This document shows, in pieces, positions 18,557 through 26,916 of a stretch of DNA of 58,632 nucleotides. The position numbers and the translations under genes are program-made. The notes beneath the pieces are model-generated. The model was given only the letters and a program-made list of their open reading frames with translations, did no database searches and had not been told where the DNA came from. The DNA is from a virus (taxonomy: Duplodnaviria; Caudoviricetes): the IMG/VR virus record IMGVR_UViG_3300011118_002165, positions 1 through 58,632 of that record. The stretch is one strand, 5' to 3'. Every line of letters starts with the position of its first letter. The first letter of the stretch is position 1.

Positions 18557-19015
18557 TCACTTCACGGAGTCCTTCCAGAGCTTCGGGAACTTCGGGGCTT
18601 CCTTCGCCAGGGCGGGCCCCATGAACGGGTGCGCCCTGATCCGGACGCGGCGCTTCCGGCGGCGCCGGCGCGTGCCTTCCACGACCACCGTCATTCCGCC
18701 GTGTTCCAGGGCGGCCGGAGCCGTGCCGGCCTTCTGGTTCAGCCGCATCGGCCCGACGACGACGGTCTTCCGCGCCGCGTCGTAGCCGAAGAAGATGAAC
18801 CGGCGCAACAGGCCCGTATGGGAGCTGGGCGGCTGGCCCGGCGGCGATGCGGCCTTGCGCTTGCGGATGCTGTGCTTCGCCGTGGTGCGGATGAAGGCGC
18901 CAGCCCTGGACAGGTTCTTCCGGTTGGCCCGGTCGGCAGCGCGGAGGACCACCTTCCGATCGAAGAACATCTCCAAGCTGACGGTCTTCATCCGCAGCAC
19001 GGCAGGATCATCCAA
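18557..19015 (-). CDS. Tail completion/morphogenesis protein (HK97 gp10-like)
   Basis: SPPGQPPSSHTGLLRR, LEHGG, HPFMGPAL. Confidence 0.7.
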   Translation of the reverse strand: MDDPAVLRMKTVSLEMFFDRKVVLRAADRANRKNLSRAGAFIRTTAKHSIRKRKAASPPGQPPSSHTGLLRRFIFFGYDAARKTVVVGPMRLNQKAGTAPAALEHGGMTVVVEGTRRRRRKRRVRIRAHPFMGPALAKEAPKFPKLWKDSVK

Positions 19016-19745
19016 CCCCGGCCTTGGCCTTCGTCTTGGTGATCGTGTCCTTCACCGTGCCGTACTGGCCCGTGGCGGTCGCGGCGCTGGCGATGGAGCC
19101 CTTTACGGCTGCCTGCGCGTCGGCAGGGGCGGCCTCCACGCCGCGGACGATCGCCGACAGGGCGGCCTTGGCCTTGCCGGCGAACTTGGCGTCCACCAGC
19201 CACCAGATGCCGACGCCCGCCACGGCGACCAGCGCGACCAGCAGCACCCAGGGGTAGACCTCGAACAGCACGCCGGCGGCGACCAGGGCGCCACCGCCCC
19301 CGGCGACTGCAAGCCCGAGCGTCACGCGCTTGGCCCATACGGCCAGAACGATGCCGGCGAGAACGGCCACGCCGCCCATCATGCACAGCAGGACCGGCCC
19401 GCGCCGCACCGCGTCGGTGATGCTCTCCATCCCGCCGCCGCTGAACGAACCGCCGCCGCCCTCGACCTCCACGCCGTCGCTTCGGAAGTCCGGCAGCTCG
19501 ATGCCGTCGGCCTGGAAAGGCTTGATGGCCGAGACCGTCTTCGCCGGGTCACTGCCCCACGGCGGGGCGATCACCGTTGTCTCCCGCCGGTACGTTCCGC
19601 CGTCGGCATCGTACGTCACGGCACTGCGGGCCGGCGTGATCTGCACCTTGCCGTCCTTTGCCGGGGCCGGCGCGTCCGCCCCCGGGCACGTCATCGCCAT
19701 CAGCGACACGACCAGCACCGCGATGATCCACGTTCCTGCCTTCAT
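19008..19745 (-). CDS. Membrane protein (signal peptide plus ~3 TM helices), possibly lysis-related
   Basis: MKAGTWIIAVLVVSLMAM signal-like start; three hydrophobic segments in the C-terminal half. Confidence 0.6.
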   Translation of the reverse strand: MKAGTWIIAVLVVSLMAMTCPGADAPAPAKDGKVQITPARSAVTYDADGGTYRRETTVIAPPWGSDPAKTVSAIKPFQADGIELPDFRSDGVEVEGGGGSFSGGGMESITDAVRRGPVLLCMMGGVAVLAGIVLAVWAKRVTLGLAVAGGGGALVAAGVLFEVYPWVLLVALVAVAGVGIWWLVDAKFAGKAKAALSAIVRGVEAAPADAQAAVKGSIASAATATGQYGTVKDTITKTKAKAGVG

Positions 19746-19780
19746 AGCTCTGCGTCTCCTTCCGTGGTTTGCAGGGGTAC

Positions 19781-20008
19781 TCACTTGATCTTGACGCGGG
19801 CGTACACCGTCTCGGTGTGCTCGGCGCCATCGGCGTCCACCCACCGGCCGGCGCCGACGGGCATGTAGCGGAAGCGCCCGTCCGTCGCCGGCGCGGCCTT
19901 GCTCACGCCCGCCTGGGGGCCATCCCACGCCTCGCTGAACTTCGCCCACTGGCAGCCGACCACCGTCAGCACCAGCAGCACCACCACGACCCATGCGATC
20001 CATCTCAT
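19781..20008 (-). CDS. Small lipoprotein
   Basis: MRWIAWVVVVLLVLTVVG-C lipobox; AGGAG upstream. Confidence 0.7.
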   Translation of the reverse strand: MRWIAWVVVVLLVLTVVGCQWAKFSEAWDGPQAGVSKAAPATDGRFRYMPVGAGRWVDADGAEHTETVYARVKIK

Positions 20009-20241
20009 CTCTGTGGCTCCTTCCTGCTTGGCCTTGCCTTGCCGGCCGGGCCGTCCACGAAGACCGTCTTGAGGATTCCGATGTTGTCCCTTGTGAGGGG
20101 AATGCCTTTGCTGCGCTTGCCGCCGCGCTCGTAGGGGTGGAGCTTGGCGGGGTCGATCATCTTGGTCCGGAACGCGCTGAGCGCCGCGGCCGCGATCGTG
20201 GCCGAGTGATCCCAGAGCCGGCGGTTGCGGCCCTCGGCCAT
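20005..20241 (-). CDS. Tail assembly chaperone, T-like part (may be made by -1 frameshift from the upstream gene)
   Basis: Frame is open upstream through the end of the G-like gene (WQLVWELAG..NPGPLTLRELLWMAEGR) and is -1 relative to it. Confidence 0.55.
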   Translation of the reverse strand: MAEGRNRRLWDHSATIAAAALSAFRTKMIDPAKLHPYERGGKRSKGIPLTRDNIGILKTVFVDGPAGKARPSRKEPQR

Positions 20242-20261
20242 CCACAGCAGCTCGCGGAGGG

Positions 20262-20792
20262 TCAGGGGTCCTGGATTCGTTCCGACGAAGCCGGCGAGCT
20301 CCCAGACGAGTTGCCACGGGCTGACGTTTCGGCGCCGAGGGCCAGCAGCGCGGCCTCCGCGGCGCGGTCCAACTCCGCGTCGGCCCGGGCGTCCAGCACG
20401 TCCTGTGCTCGGTCGATCAACTTCCACGTCGCGTCGATCACCTTGCGTGCCCGCGCCCGGTCGCGCGGGCTCGGGGTAAAATCCGCGAGCTCTTCCAGGA
20501 ACGCCCGCGTCGCGGCATCGATCACGTCGCCGGCCATCGCCCGGCCGAACTGCTCGTCCGTGACGTTGGCTCCGTCGGCCTGGTCCTTGCAGATGACGTA
20601 GAGCACGTCCACCAGCAGGACCGGGTCGGCGATCAACCGATACAGTAGGCCGTTGTCAGGCTTGGCTTCGTCGCCGCCGCTGTCAGAAAGGTCCAGCAGG
20701 TCCACGTTCAGCAGATCGCGGACCTTCTTCACCGCGTAGACGTTCAGCGTGATCGTCCAGGTCCGATTGGCGTTGTCCTTGAAGCTCCTCAT
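20262..20792 (-). CDS. Tail assembly chaperone, G-like
   Basis: Directly downstream of the tail tube gene; helical 176 aa with low-complexity Ser-rich end overlapping a -1 frame ORF. Confidence 0.65.
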   Translation of the reverse strand: MRSFKDNANRTWTITLNVYAVKKVRDLLNVDLLDLSDSGGDEAKPDNGLLYRLIADPVLLVDVLYVICKDQADGANVTDEQFGRAMAGDVIDAATRAFLEELADFTPSPRDRARARKVIDATWKLIDRAQDVLDARADAELDRAAEAALLALGAETSARGNSSGSSPASSERIQDP

Positions 20793-20795
20793 CGC

Positions 20796-21251
20796 TTAGC
20801 TCCCCGGTACGACGTACCAGTCGGTGAAACTCGACGGCTTCAGCGTGACGCTGACGGTCACCGCCTCCTCCAGCGGCTCGTTCCGCGTGAAGCTGGTCAC
20901 GGAGCAGTTGCTCGCCAGCCCCTGGTTGCCCGCCTCGTCGATCGCGCCGTCCAGGGCCGCGATGGCGATCTCGCCGGCGGCCAGCCAAGCGGCCAGGATG
21001 GCGGCGAAGGCCGCGTCGGAGGGCTTCCAGAGCATCTCGAACTCGATGGTCGCCTCCTTCAGCGTTGCGGCCGTCGCCCGCCAGCCGTTGTTGGCGCGGG
21101 TCGTGACGTCGGCCTCGCCGTTCTCCTGCTGGAGGTTGACGTCCTTGGCGTTGTCGATCTCCGTCCAGCCGGTGCCGTCGGGCGGCCCGGTCAGCAGGGC
21201 CGTCTTGAAGTACAGCTTGCAGTCCATCCCGAGCGTGAAGTTCTCACTCAT
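20796..21251 (-). CDS. Major tail tube protein
   Basis: LGMDCKLY, WTEIDNAKDVNL...EADVTTR..GW...LKEATIEFEM, FTRNEPLEEAVTVSVTLKP. Confidence 0.85.
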   Translation of the reverse strand: MSENFTLGMDCKLYFKTALLTGPPDGTGWTEIDNAKDVNLQQENGEADVTTRANNGWRATAATLKEATIEFEMLWKPSDAAFAAILAAWLAAGEIAIAALDGAIDEAGNQGLASNCSVTSFTRNEPLEEAVTVSVTLKPSSFTDWYVVPGS

Positions 21252-21283
21252 CTCTCAGGCCTCCTTGCCTGTCTGCGTGCCTG

Positions 21284-21535
21284 TCACTTGGCTTGAGCGG
21301 GTTCGCCGGCGGGCTCGGCCGCTTGGAGCTGCGCGAGCTTCGCGGCCAGATCGTCGCGCTCGACCTGGAGCCGGTCGACCTCGCCCTGCTGGGCGGTGAG
21401 CCGGCGGTCGAGGTTCGTCAGAATGCGGCCGAGGGCCACGACGTCCACTTCCTGCTGCCGGGCGTGGACTTCGCGGATGCGAAGCCGCTTGCCCTCGGCG
21501 GTGTCGATGATTTCGGTGGTGACTTCCCTTGCCAT
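21284..21535 (-). CDS. Small coiled-coil protein (possible fibre chaperone)
   Basis: Heptad LDRRLTAQQGEVDRLQVERDDLAAKLAQL; GGAG upstream. Confidence 0.55.
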   Translation of the reverse strand: MAREVTTEIIDTAEGKRLRIREVHARQQEVDVVALGRILTNLDRRLTAQQGEVDRLQVERDDLAAKLAQLQAAEPAGEPAQAK

Positions 21536-21547
21536 GGATGCGATCTC

Positions 21548-22087
21548 CTATCTGCGGCCTGGCTTGCCCCCGTGCCCGCACCAGCCGGCGCGGGCGATGG
21601 TGAAGCCGGCCTGCTTGACCTTGTTGGCGAAGTACGCGCACTCGCAGTGCGTCAGGGCTGTTCCATCCGGGGCGTGCCCGAAGGCGAACCACGGCGGGTC
21701 GATCCGCTCGAACACCGGGCGCCGCACCCGCACCAGCCCCATGTGGATCGCGGCCGGGTCGGCCCACGTCTCCATGTGCGGGACGGGGTACTCGCAGCCG
21801 ACCACGTCCGCGTCGGCGGCGAGGAACGGCATCGCCGCGGGGCCGGGGCGCATGTCCCGGTCCATGAAGACGAAGTCCGTGGTCTCAGTCGGGGACTTGA
21901 GCACGAGCTCGCGGACCGACAGGTTCCGCGCCGCGGTCAGGTCGGTGGCGCACAGCGCGAGCACGTTCTTCGGCGGGAGGATGTTGTAGAGCCACGCGGC
22001 CGCCTCCCACGTGATCGCGTGGTCGGGCCAGGTCAGCACGATCGCCCGGGTCTTGGCGGGGTCGATGTTGAGCTTGAGTTTTCGCAT
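21548..22087 (-). CDS. GT-A fold (GT2-like) glycosyltransferase homologue
   Basis: AARN, FVFMDRD (DxD), DVVG..Y, MGLVRVRRPVFERIDPPWF, E.AYF..K...GF, CGH. Confidence 0.65.
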   Translation of the reverse strand: MRKLKLNIDPAKTRAIVLTWPDHAITWEAAAWLYNILPPKNVLALCATDLTAARNLSVRELVLKSPTETTDFVFMDRDMRPGPAAMPFLAADADVVGCEYPVPHMETWADPAAIHMGLVRVRRPVFERIDPPWFAFGHAPDGTALTHCECAYFANKVKQAGFTIARAGWCGHGGKPGRR

Positions 22088-22099
22088 TCGGGAGGTCCC

Positions 22100-23167
22100 T
22101 TACACCGAGCCGTCGGCGTTGACGTAGTACCAGGAGCCGTTGCAGTAGAACTCCAGCCGGGAATTGCAGCTGCACCAGCGAAGCTCCCCGTTGGTCGAGC
22201 CGCTGTAGCACGTCGGGATGGTCAGCGGCGTGCACAGCGCCCATAGCGCGTAGGACGAGGAATTGCACAGATACGCGGGGCGATAGGCGCAGGAGTCCCA
22301 GTACAGCTCGCCGTCGTCGTTCCAGGGAATCGAGGTCGGCAGCGGGTTGGTCAGCAGACCGATCTCGTTGCTGCCGCAGTAGAAGGCCGGCCGGTAGTAG
22401 GAGGAATCCCACCACAGTTCGCCGTCGCAGGACCAGTTGTGGTAGTCCGGCAGGTAGAAGGCGTCGCCGAGCTCGTAATAGCCGCTCGACTCCAGGGAGT
22501 CGATTCGCGAGCAGTTGTCTTCGACGCAGGAGCAAACGTCACCGACGGTGCTGCACAAACTGTCAAACTCGTCGTATGTGGCCAGGCAATACGTCGACCC
22601 GCTGCAGTAAAAGGCGGGCCGGTAGTTGCCGGTGTCCCACCACAGCTCACCGTCCTGGCTGTAGGCGTGGCCCGTCGGCAGGTGGAAGTCGCTCCCGAGC
22701 AGATACCCGCTCTCTGTGATGCTCTGCCAGGACCCGTTGTAGAACTGGAGGACGGACGCGGAGCAGCAGTACCGCAGCCCGCCCGCTTCGCTGACCCCGC
22801 AACCGGCGCGAACGACGAAGCCGGCGTTGCCGCACGTGCGGACCTTGCCGGCAAAGTCGAAGCCGCTGCCGCCGTAGCAGAGCTTGCCGCCAGTGATCGA
22901 GGCGTTCAGGAGCTTGGCGTTGCCGATCTGGCCGTCGCTGATGTGCGAGCCAAAGACCTGCCCGGCCCCGATGTGCGCCGCGACGATGGCGCTGTCGGCG
23001 ATGTGGACCGTCTGGACGGCCCCCGCGTCGATCTTCATGTCGGTGACGGCGCCGTTGGCCAGCTTGCATGTGGTGACCGCGCCGTCGCAAAGGTCGATGG
23101 CGACGATGCTGCCGTCGGCCAGTTCGGCCGAGCCGATCACGCCGGTTGCGATGCCCCAGTAGCCCAT
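22100..23167 (-). CDS. Cysteine-rich fibre protein (neck/head/tail fibre)
   Basis: N-terminal 10-residue AVTxxKIAxG-type repeats; four DGELxWDxxxYRPAFYC-type repeats; 22 Cys in 355 aa. Confidence 0.65.
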   Translation of the reverse strand: MGYWGIATGVIGSAELADGSIVAIDLCDGAVTTCKLANGAVTDMKIDAGAVQTVHIADSAIVAAHIGAGQVFGSHISDGQIGNAKLLNASITGGKLCYGGSGFDFAGKVRTCGNAGFVVRAGCGVSEAGGLRYCCSASVLQFYNGSWQSITESGYLLGSDFHLPTGHAYSQDGELWWDTGNYRPAFYCSGSTYCLATYDEFDSLCSTVGDVCSCVEDNCSRIDSLESSGYYELGDAFYLPDYHNWSCDGELWWDSSYYRPAFYCGSNEIGLLTNPLPTSIPWNDDGELYWDSCAYRPAYLCNSSSYALWALCTPLTIPTCYSGSTNGELRWCSCNSRLEFYCNGSWYYVNADGSV

Positions 23168-23421
23168 TACCAGCTCCCGCCGACCACGGTGACCACGTCA
23201 CCGGGCGTGCCCTTGACCTCGATCCCGGCCAAGTCGATGGACCTGAACTGATGCCACTCGCCGGCGACCCAAGGCACGTCGGAGCCGTCATCGCCCTTGA
23301 ACAGCACGTTGCCGCCGTTCGCGGGCGGCGTGGAGATGGTCACCGACGCGACCAGGCTGGATGACACCAGCGGCTGGTACTCGCCCGTGACCGTGATCTT
23401 CCGCATGACGATGTTGTGCAT
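23167..23421 (-). CDS. Small virion-associated hypothetical protein
   Basis: 84-aa beta-rich ORF coupled (TAATG) to the fibre gene. Confidence 0.55.
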   Translation of the reverse strand: MHNIVMRKITVTGEYQPLVSSSLVASVTISTPPANGGNVLFKGDDGSDVPWVAGEWHQFRSIDLAGIEVKGTPGDVVTVVGGSW

Positions 23422-23437
23422 GGTTGCAGTCCTTGCC

Positions 23438-23866
23438 CTACTTCATGGCCCGGTACGTGACGGTCAGCACCGACGTGAACAGCCGCTTCTCGGCCAGATG
23501 CTCGGGCGAGTAGACCGGCTCGTTCGCGGTGCGCACCCACGCGGCGCCGCCCGCGTCGGCCAAGCGATGGCCCTTCAGGAAGGCCGCGATCTCCTCGACG
23601 AGGCCGCACAGGGCGGCGACCTCTGCGTCGAGGTCGCTTCCGAGCTTCTTCTGCACGCCCACATCGACCTGGACGTCGTGTTGGGACAGGCTGCGGGAGG
23701 CGCCCGCGATCTCCACGCCCTTCGGAACGACGGTGACCTTCAGGCCGGCCAGGTCCGCCAGCTCGAAGTCCGGCAGCACCCGCCGCTCGGGCGTGAACTC
23801 CTCCGAAAAGCTGCCGCCGGCCAGTTCGGCCGCCACGGCGTCCGCGATGTCGATCACCAGCGCCAC
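23438..23866 (-). CDS. Tail terminator/head-tail connector-like protein
   Basis: IADAVAAEL start, VQVDVGVQKK, FTSVLTVTY end; position after head closure gene. Confidence 0.6.
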   Translation of the reverse strand: MALVIDIADAVAAELAGGSFSEEFTPERRVLPDFELADLAGLKVTVVPKGVEIAGASRSLSQHDVQVDVGVQKKLGSDLDAEVAALCGLVEEIAAFLKGHRLADAGGAAWVRTANEPVYSPEHLAEKRLFTSVLTVTYRAMK

Positions 23867-23870
23867 GTTC

Positions 23871-24104
23871 TCAGCCTCCCAGGATCGCCTGCCGGATCGC
23901 CATCACGATGAGTGTCACGAGGGCGCCCACCACCAGCCACACGATGCGCCGGCGGACGGCCTCGGCGGCCTCGATCCGGTCCAGACGGCGCTGGATGCCG
24001 GGCTTGCCGTTGCCTCGGATCGCCTCGTCCAGCCGGTCGAGCTTCGCGTGAATCTCAGCGAACTCGCCCTTGCACACGTTCTCGTACTGGTCACTCGGGC
24101 ACAT
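23871..24104 (-). CDS. Coiled-coil plus C-terminal TM protein (holin/XhlA-like)
   Basis: IHAKLDRLDEAIRGNGKPGIQRRLDRIE then IVWLVVGALVTLIVMAI. Confidence 0.55.
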   Translation of the reverse strand: MCPSDQYENVCKGEFAEIHAKLDRLDEAIRGNGKPGIQRRLDRIEAAEAVRRRIVWLVVGALVTLIVMAIRQAILGG

Positions 24105-24109
24105 GGCCT

Positions 24110-24469
24110 TCACTCCGTCGCGATCTGCTTCGTGTGGATGCGTAGTGTCGCCTGGTGCGGGTCGCTCCACCGCCAGTGGCCCTGGCCCGCCAGGTCGAGC
24201 ACCTCGTACACAGTCCCGTCGGCCACGATTCGGTCGCCGGGCTCGGGCTCGTCGAAGGTGGGGGCGAAGTCGGCGGCCGCGATGAGGAAGTCCGTCATCG
24301 CCGCCCCGACCCGGACGCCGAACTGGTCCTCGACCTCGCGGTCGGGCCTGCCGAGCGTTGCGGCGAGGGCCAGTTCCGTCTCGCCGCGCTGGTAGGTGAC
24401 CTGGCTGGCGCAGTGCGCCCCGCGCATCTGCGCCAGCCATTGGCATCCCTGCCTCAGAAGGTCACCCAT
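24110..24469 (-). CDS. Head-tail joining protein (gpFII-like)
   Basis: VTYQRG, DFLI, EPEPGDRI...YEV, LRIHTK; follows the capsid decoration gene. Confidence 0.65.
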   Translation of the reverse strand: MGDLLRQGCQWLAQMRGAHCASQVTYQRGETELALAATLGRPDREVEDQFGVRVGAAMTDFLIAAADFAPTFDEPEPGDRIVADGTVYEVLDLAGQGHWRWSDPHQATLRIHTKQIATE

Positions 24470-24499
24470 CGCACGGGCCTCCTTGCCCTGAGCCTGCCG

Positions 24500-24841
24500 T
24501 TACTGGTTCAGCCGGACCCGGACCGTCGCGTCGTCGTCCCCGGCGGCCGCGATGGTCTTGCCTACAGCAACGTTCGCCCCGGACTCCGAGTCGACCTTGG
24601 CCTCGGAGTCCGCGACGTCCCAGTACACGTTCGCGCCGGCCGCGATAGCCGTGCTCTCGCCCGTGGCCTTGGGCAGATCGAACACGCCCGTCACGGCCAG
24701 ACTGCCGAGGGCATTGGCCGCAATGGGCGTTCGGGCGATGCCGATCAGGTCTTCCTGGACCACCACCGCGCCGGCGGCCACGTCGGCCTCGGGGGTGTAG
24801 TCGATGCTCTTGCCGTCATGAACGAAGGTTGCCGTTGCCAT
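24500..24841 (-). CDS. DUF2190 capsid cement/decoration protein
   Basis: FVHDGKSIDYT..ADVAAGAVVV..LIGIA...GVFDLPK...VYWD...VRVRLN. Confidence 0.85.
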   Translation of the reverse strand: MATATFVHDGKSIDYTPEADVAAGAVVVQEDLIGIARTPIAANALGSLAVTGVFDLPKATGESTAIAAGANVYWDVADSEAKVDSESGANVAVGKTIAAAGDDDATVRVRLNQ

Positions 24842-24897
24842 CTCTCAGTTCTCCTGTGCCTGTCGGGGGAGGAATCACCATGGGCCGGGGGCTAGGC

Positions 24898-26916
24898 TTA
24901 CGCCTCGCCCTTGGCCTTCACGCCGCCCTTGGGATCCTGCAGGGCCACGCCGAAGTCGTGGTAGCCGCGCATCTGCACGCCGAGGACGTTGAAGTCCGCC
25001 TCCGCCGTCTCGATCGTCGGCGACTCCTGGCCGTTGAGGAACGCGACCTCGATCACGGGCAGGTCGTTCGGGTCGGCCAGCAGGTACCACGCCTTGGCGC
25101 TGTTGCCGGTGTAACTGGCGTTGGCCAGGTAGCGGCTGACCTCGACGCGGTACTTGCCCTGGTGCGGGTTGGCCACGGGGTACTTCGTGCTGGCGGTGGT
25201 GTCCCGCAGTTCGAGGCTCTTGAAGAGCTGCGTCCCGAGGGCGCTGAGCCCGGTAGGCACCAGCATCAGCACCGGCATCACGCCGATGGGCTTGCCGTCG
25301 CCATCGACCTGGTCCATGAAGGTGACCTCGGCCTTCGTCAGCCCGTCGATGGTCAGGGCGGTGTCGGCGCCCGAGATGTAGTTCTTGTTGGCCGTCTTGA
25401 AGAAGGCCGAGTTGCCCAGGAAGATCGTCCAGAACACGTCGTTGATCTTCAGGCCGCTTCCCCGGCCGAGCTTGCGCGGCACGGTGGTGATGGCGCCCAG
25501 GTCGTCGTTGATGATGTCCCGCCGATCGACCGATAGCAGCAGGCCGTAGGTGTCGGCCTTGTTCGTGTACGACTCCTCGCCCAGCGTCCCGTGCTTGAGC
25601 TCGCCGCCGGGCGCGACGATCTCGTATTGGTCCTTGCCGATCAGCCGGTAGCTCGTGACCGTCTTGAAGTCGCTGACGTTGCGGACGGCACAGATGTTTC
25701 GCCAGACGCGCTCGACGCCGAAGAAGCCCTCCAGGAGGAACTTGTTGGCGACGTTCGACAGGATGCCGCCAACGTCGATCGTCGAGAACGCCGCCTCGAC
25801 GCGGTTGGCAAAGGCGAACCGCAGCACGGACCGGCTGTCGCGGAAGCTTCTGCCGGTGTAGCCGTTGGCCCACGCCGCCTCCAGCAGCAGCTCTTGGAGG
25901 CCGATCCCGCCCCGGAAGCGGGTGTCGGCGGCCTCGACGGTCTTCTCGCCGTGGGTCTTGAGCACGTCGTCGCCGGTGATCCCGCCGGTCATCAGGCACG
26001 CGGCCTCGAGCACCTGGCCCGTCACCCCGTCATCGTCGCGCACGTGCACGGCGGGCGCCTTCGGACGGGAAGCCCGAAGGACCTCCAGCTCGCAGCGCGT
26101 GGCGTCCCAGCCCTCCTCGATGGCCTTCGCCTCGATGTCGGCGTGCTGGCCGTCGCACACACCCCGGATGGCCGCGATCCGCTTGGTCTCGGCAGCGGCC
26201 CGGGCGCGCATATCGGCCACGGGATCGTCGATGGTGAGGGTCTGGGCCTCATCGGCCTTCGCCTCCACCTTGGTCGCCTCTTCCTGACCGCCGTCGGCGG
26301 TCTTCCTCTCGTCGTCCTTGACGTCGGTCTTCATGGTGGTCTCCTGGGTTGCTGCCGTCTTTGGCAGAGAATCCTGGGCGGCGACCTTGGCGGTCGTCCC
26401 GCCGTCGGCGCCGCTATCGACGAAGCTGATCTCCTTGAGCACGGCCTTGCGCACCACGTGCACGGGGCCCGTGAACTGCTGGCCGTTGACCTGCACCCGC
26501 CCGCCGGCGGGCACGAACTCGGCCTCGATGACCTGGGCCCCGATGCTCGCCTGCCAGGGGAACCCCTTCGCGCCGCTGCGGGCGACATCCCGGGCCCAGG
26601 ACGTGTCCCGGCTGATCAGCCCCTCGGCCAGCAGCTTGCCGTCCTCAATGGTGATCCGGCGGGTGTGCCCCACGCCCTGGCGGCGCTCGTGGTCCAGGCG
26701 GATCGGCAGGTTCTGCGCGGGGATCGCCAGGCCGGCGAGGTCCACGACTACCGGGTGCGGGAAGCCCGCGATCCGCATGGTCCCGCCGGTGTAGGCGACC
26801 ATGTTGAAGCGGGGCAGGTCGCCGGCGTCGCCCCCTGCCGCCTCGATGGTCGGCGAGGCGATCATGGTCACAAACTCAGGCTGCTTGACGTTTTTCGGCA
26901 TCGTCATCTTCGACAT
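24898..26916 (-). CDS. Fused prohead protease, scaffold and major capsid protein (Mu gpT-like capsid domain)
   Basis: N-terminal AYTGG..DHERRQGVG..WQASIG..LKEISFV protease; C-terminal VSDFK, GGELKHG, TYG..RRDIINDDLGA, IEVAFLNG, HDFGV; GGAGG upstream. Confidence 0.88.
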   Translation of the reverse strand: MSKMTMPKNVKQPEFVTMIASPTIEAAGGDAGDLPRFNMVAYTGGTMRIAGFPHPVVVDLAGLAIPAQNLPIRLDHERRQGVGHTRRITIEDGKLLAEGLISRDTSWARDVARSGAKGFPWQASIGAQVIEAEFVPAGGRVQVNGQQFTGPVHVVRKAVLKEISFVDSGADGGTTAKVAAQDSLPKTAATQETTMKTDVKDDERKTADGGQEEATKVEAKADEAQTLTIDDPVADMRARAAAETKRIAAIRGVCDGQHADIEAKAIEEGWDATRCELEVLRASRPKAPAVHVRDDDGVTGQVLEAACLMTGGITGDDVLKTHGEKTVEAADTRFRGGIGLQELLLEAAWANGYTGRSFRDSRSVLRFAFANRVEAAFSTIDVGGILSNVANKFLLEGFFGVERVWRNICAVRNVSDFKTVTSYRLIGKDQYEIVAPGGELKHGTLGEESYTNKADTYGLLLSVDRRDIINDDLGAITTVPRKLGRGSGLKINDVFWTIFLGNSAFFKTANKNYISGADTALTIDGLTKAEVTFMDQVDGDGKPIGVMPVLMLVPTGLSALGTQLFKSLELRDTTASTKYPVANPHQGKYRVEVSRYLANASYTGNSAKAWYLLADPNDLPVIEVAFLNGQESPTIETAEADFNVLGVQMRGYHDFGVALQDPKGGVKAKGEA

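Noticed and set aside
22100-23167. Diversity-generating retroelement target (Cys/Tyr/Ser/Asn-rich repeats)
   Set aside because: No reverse transcriptase (no YxDD ORF) and no non-coding template repeat differing only at adenines was found; the repeats are in-frame protein repeats.
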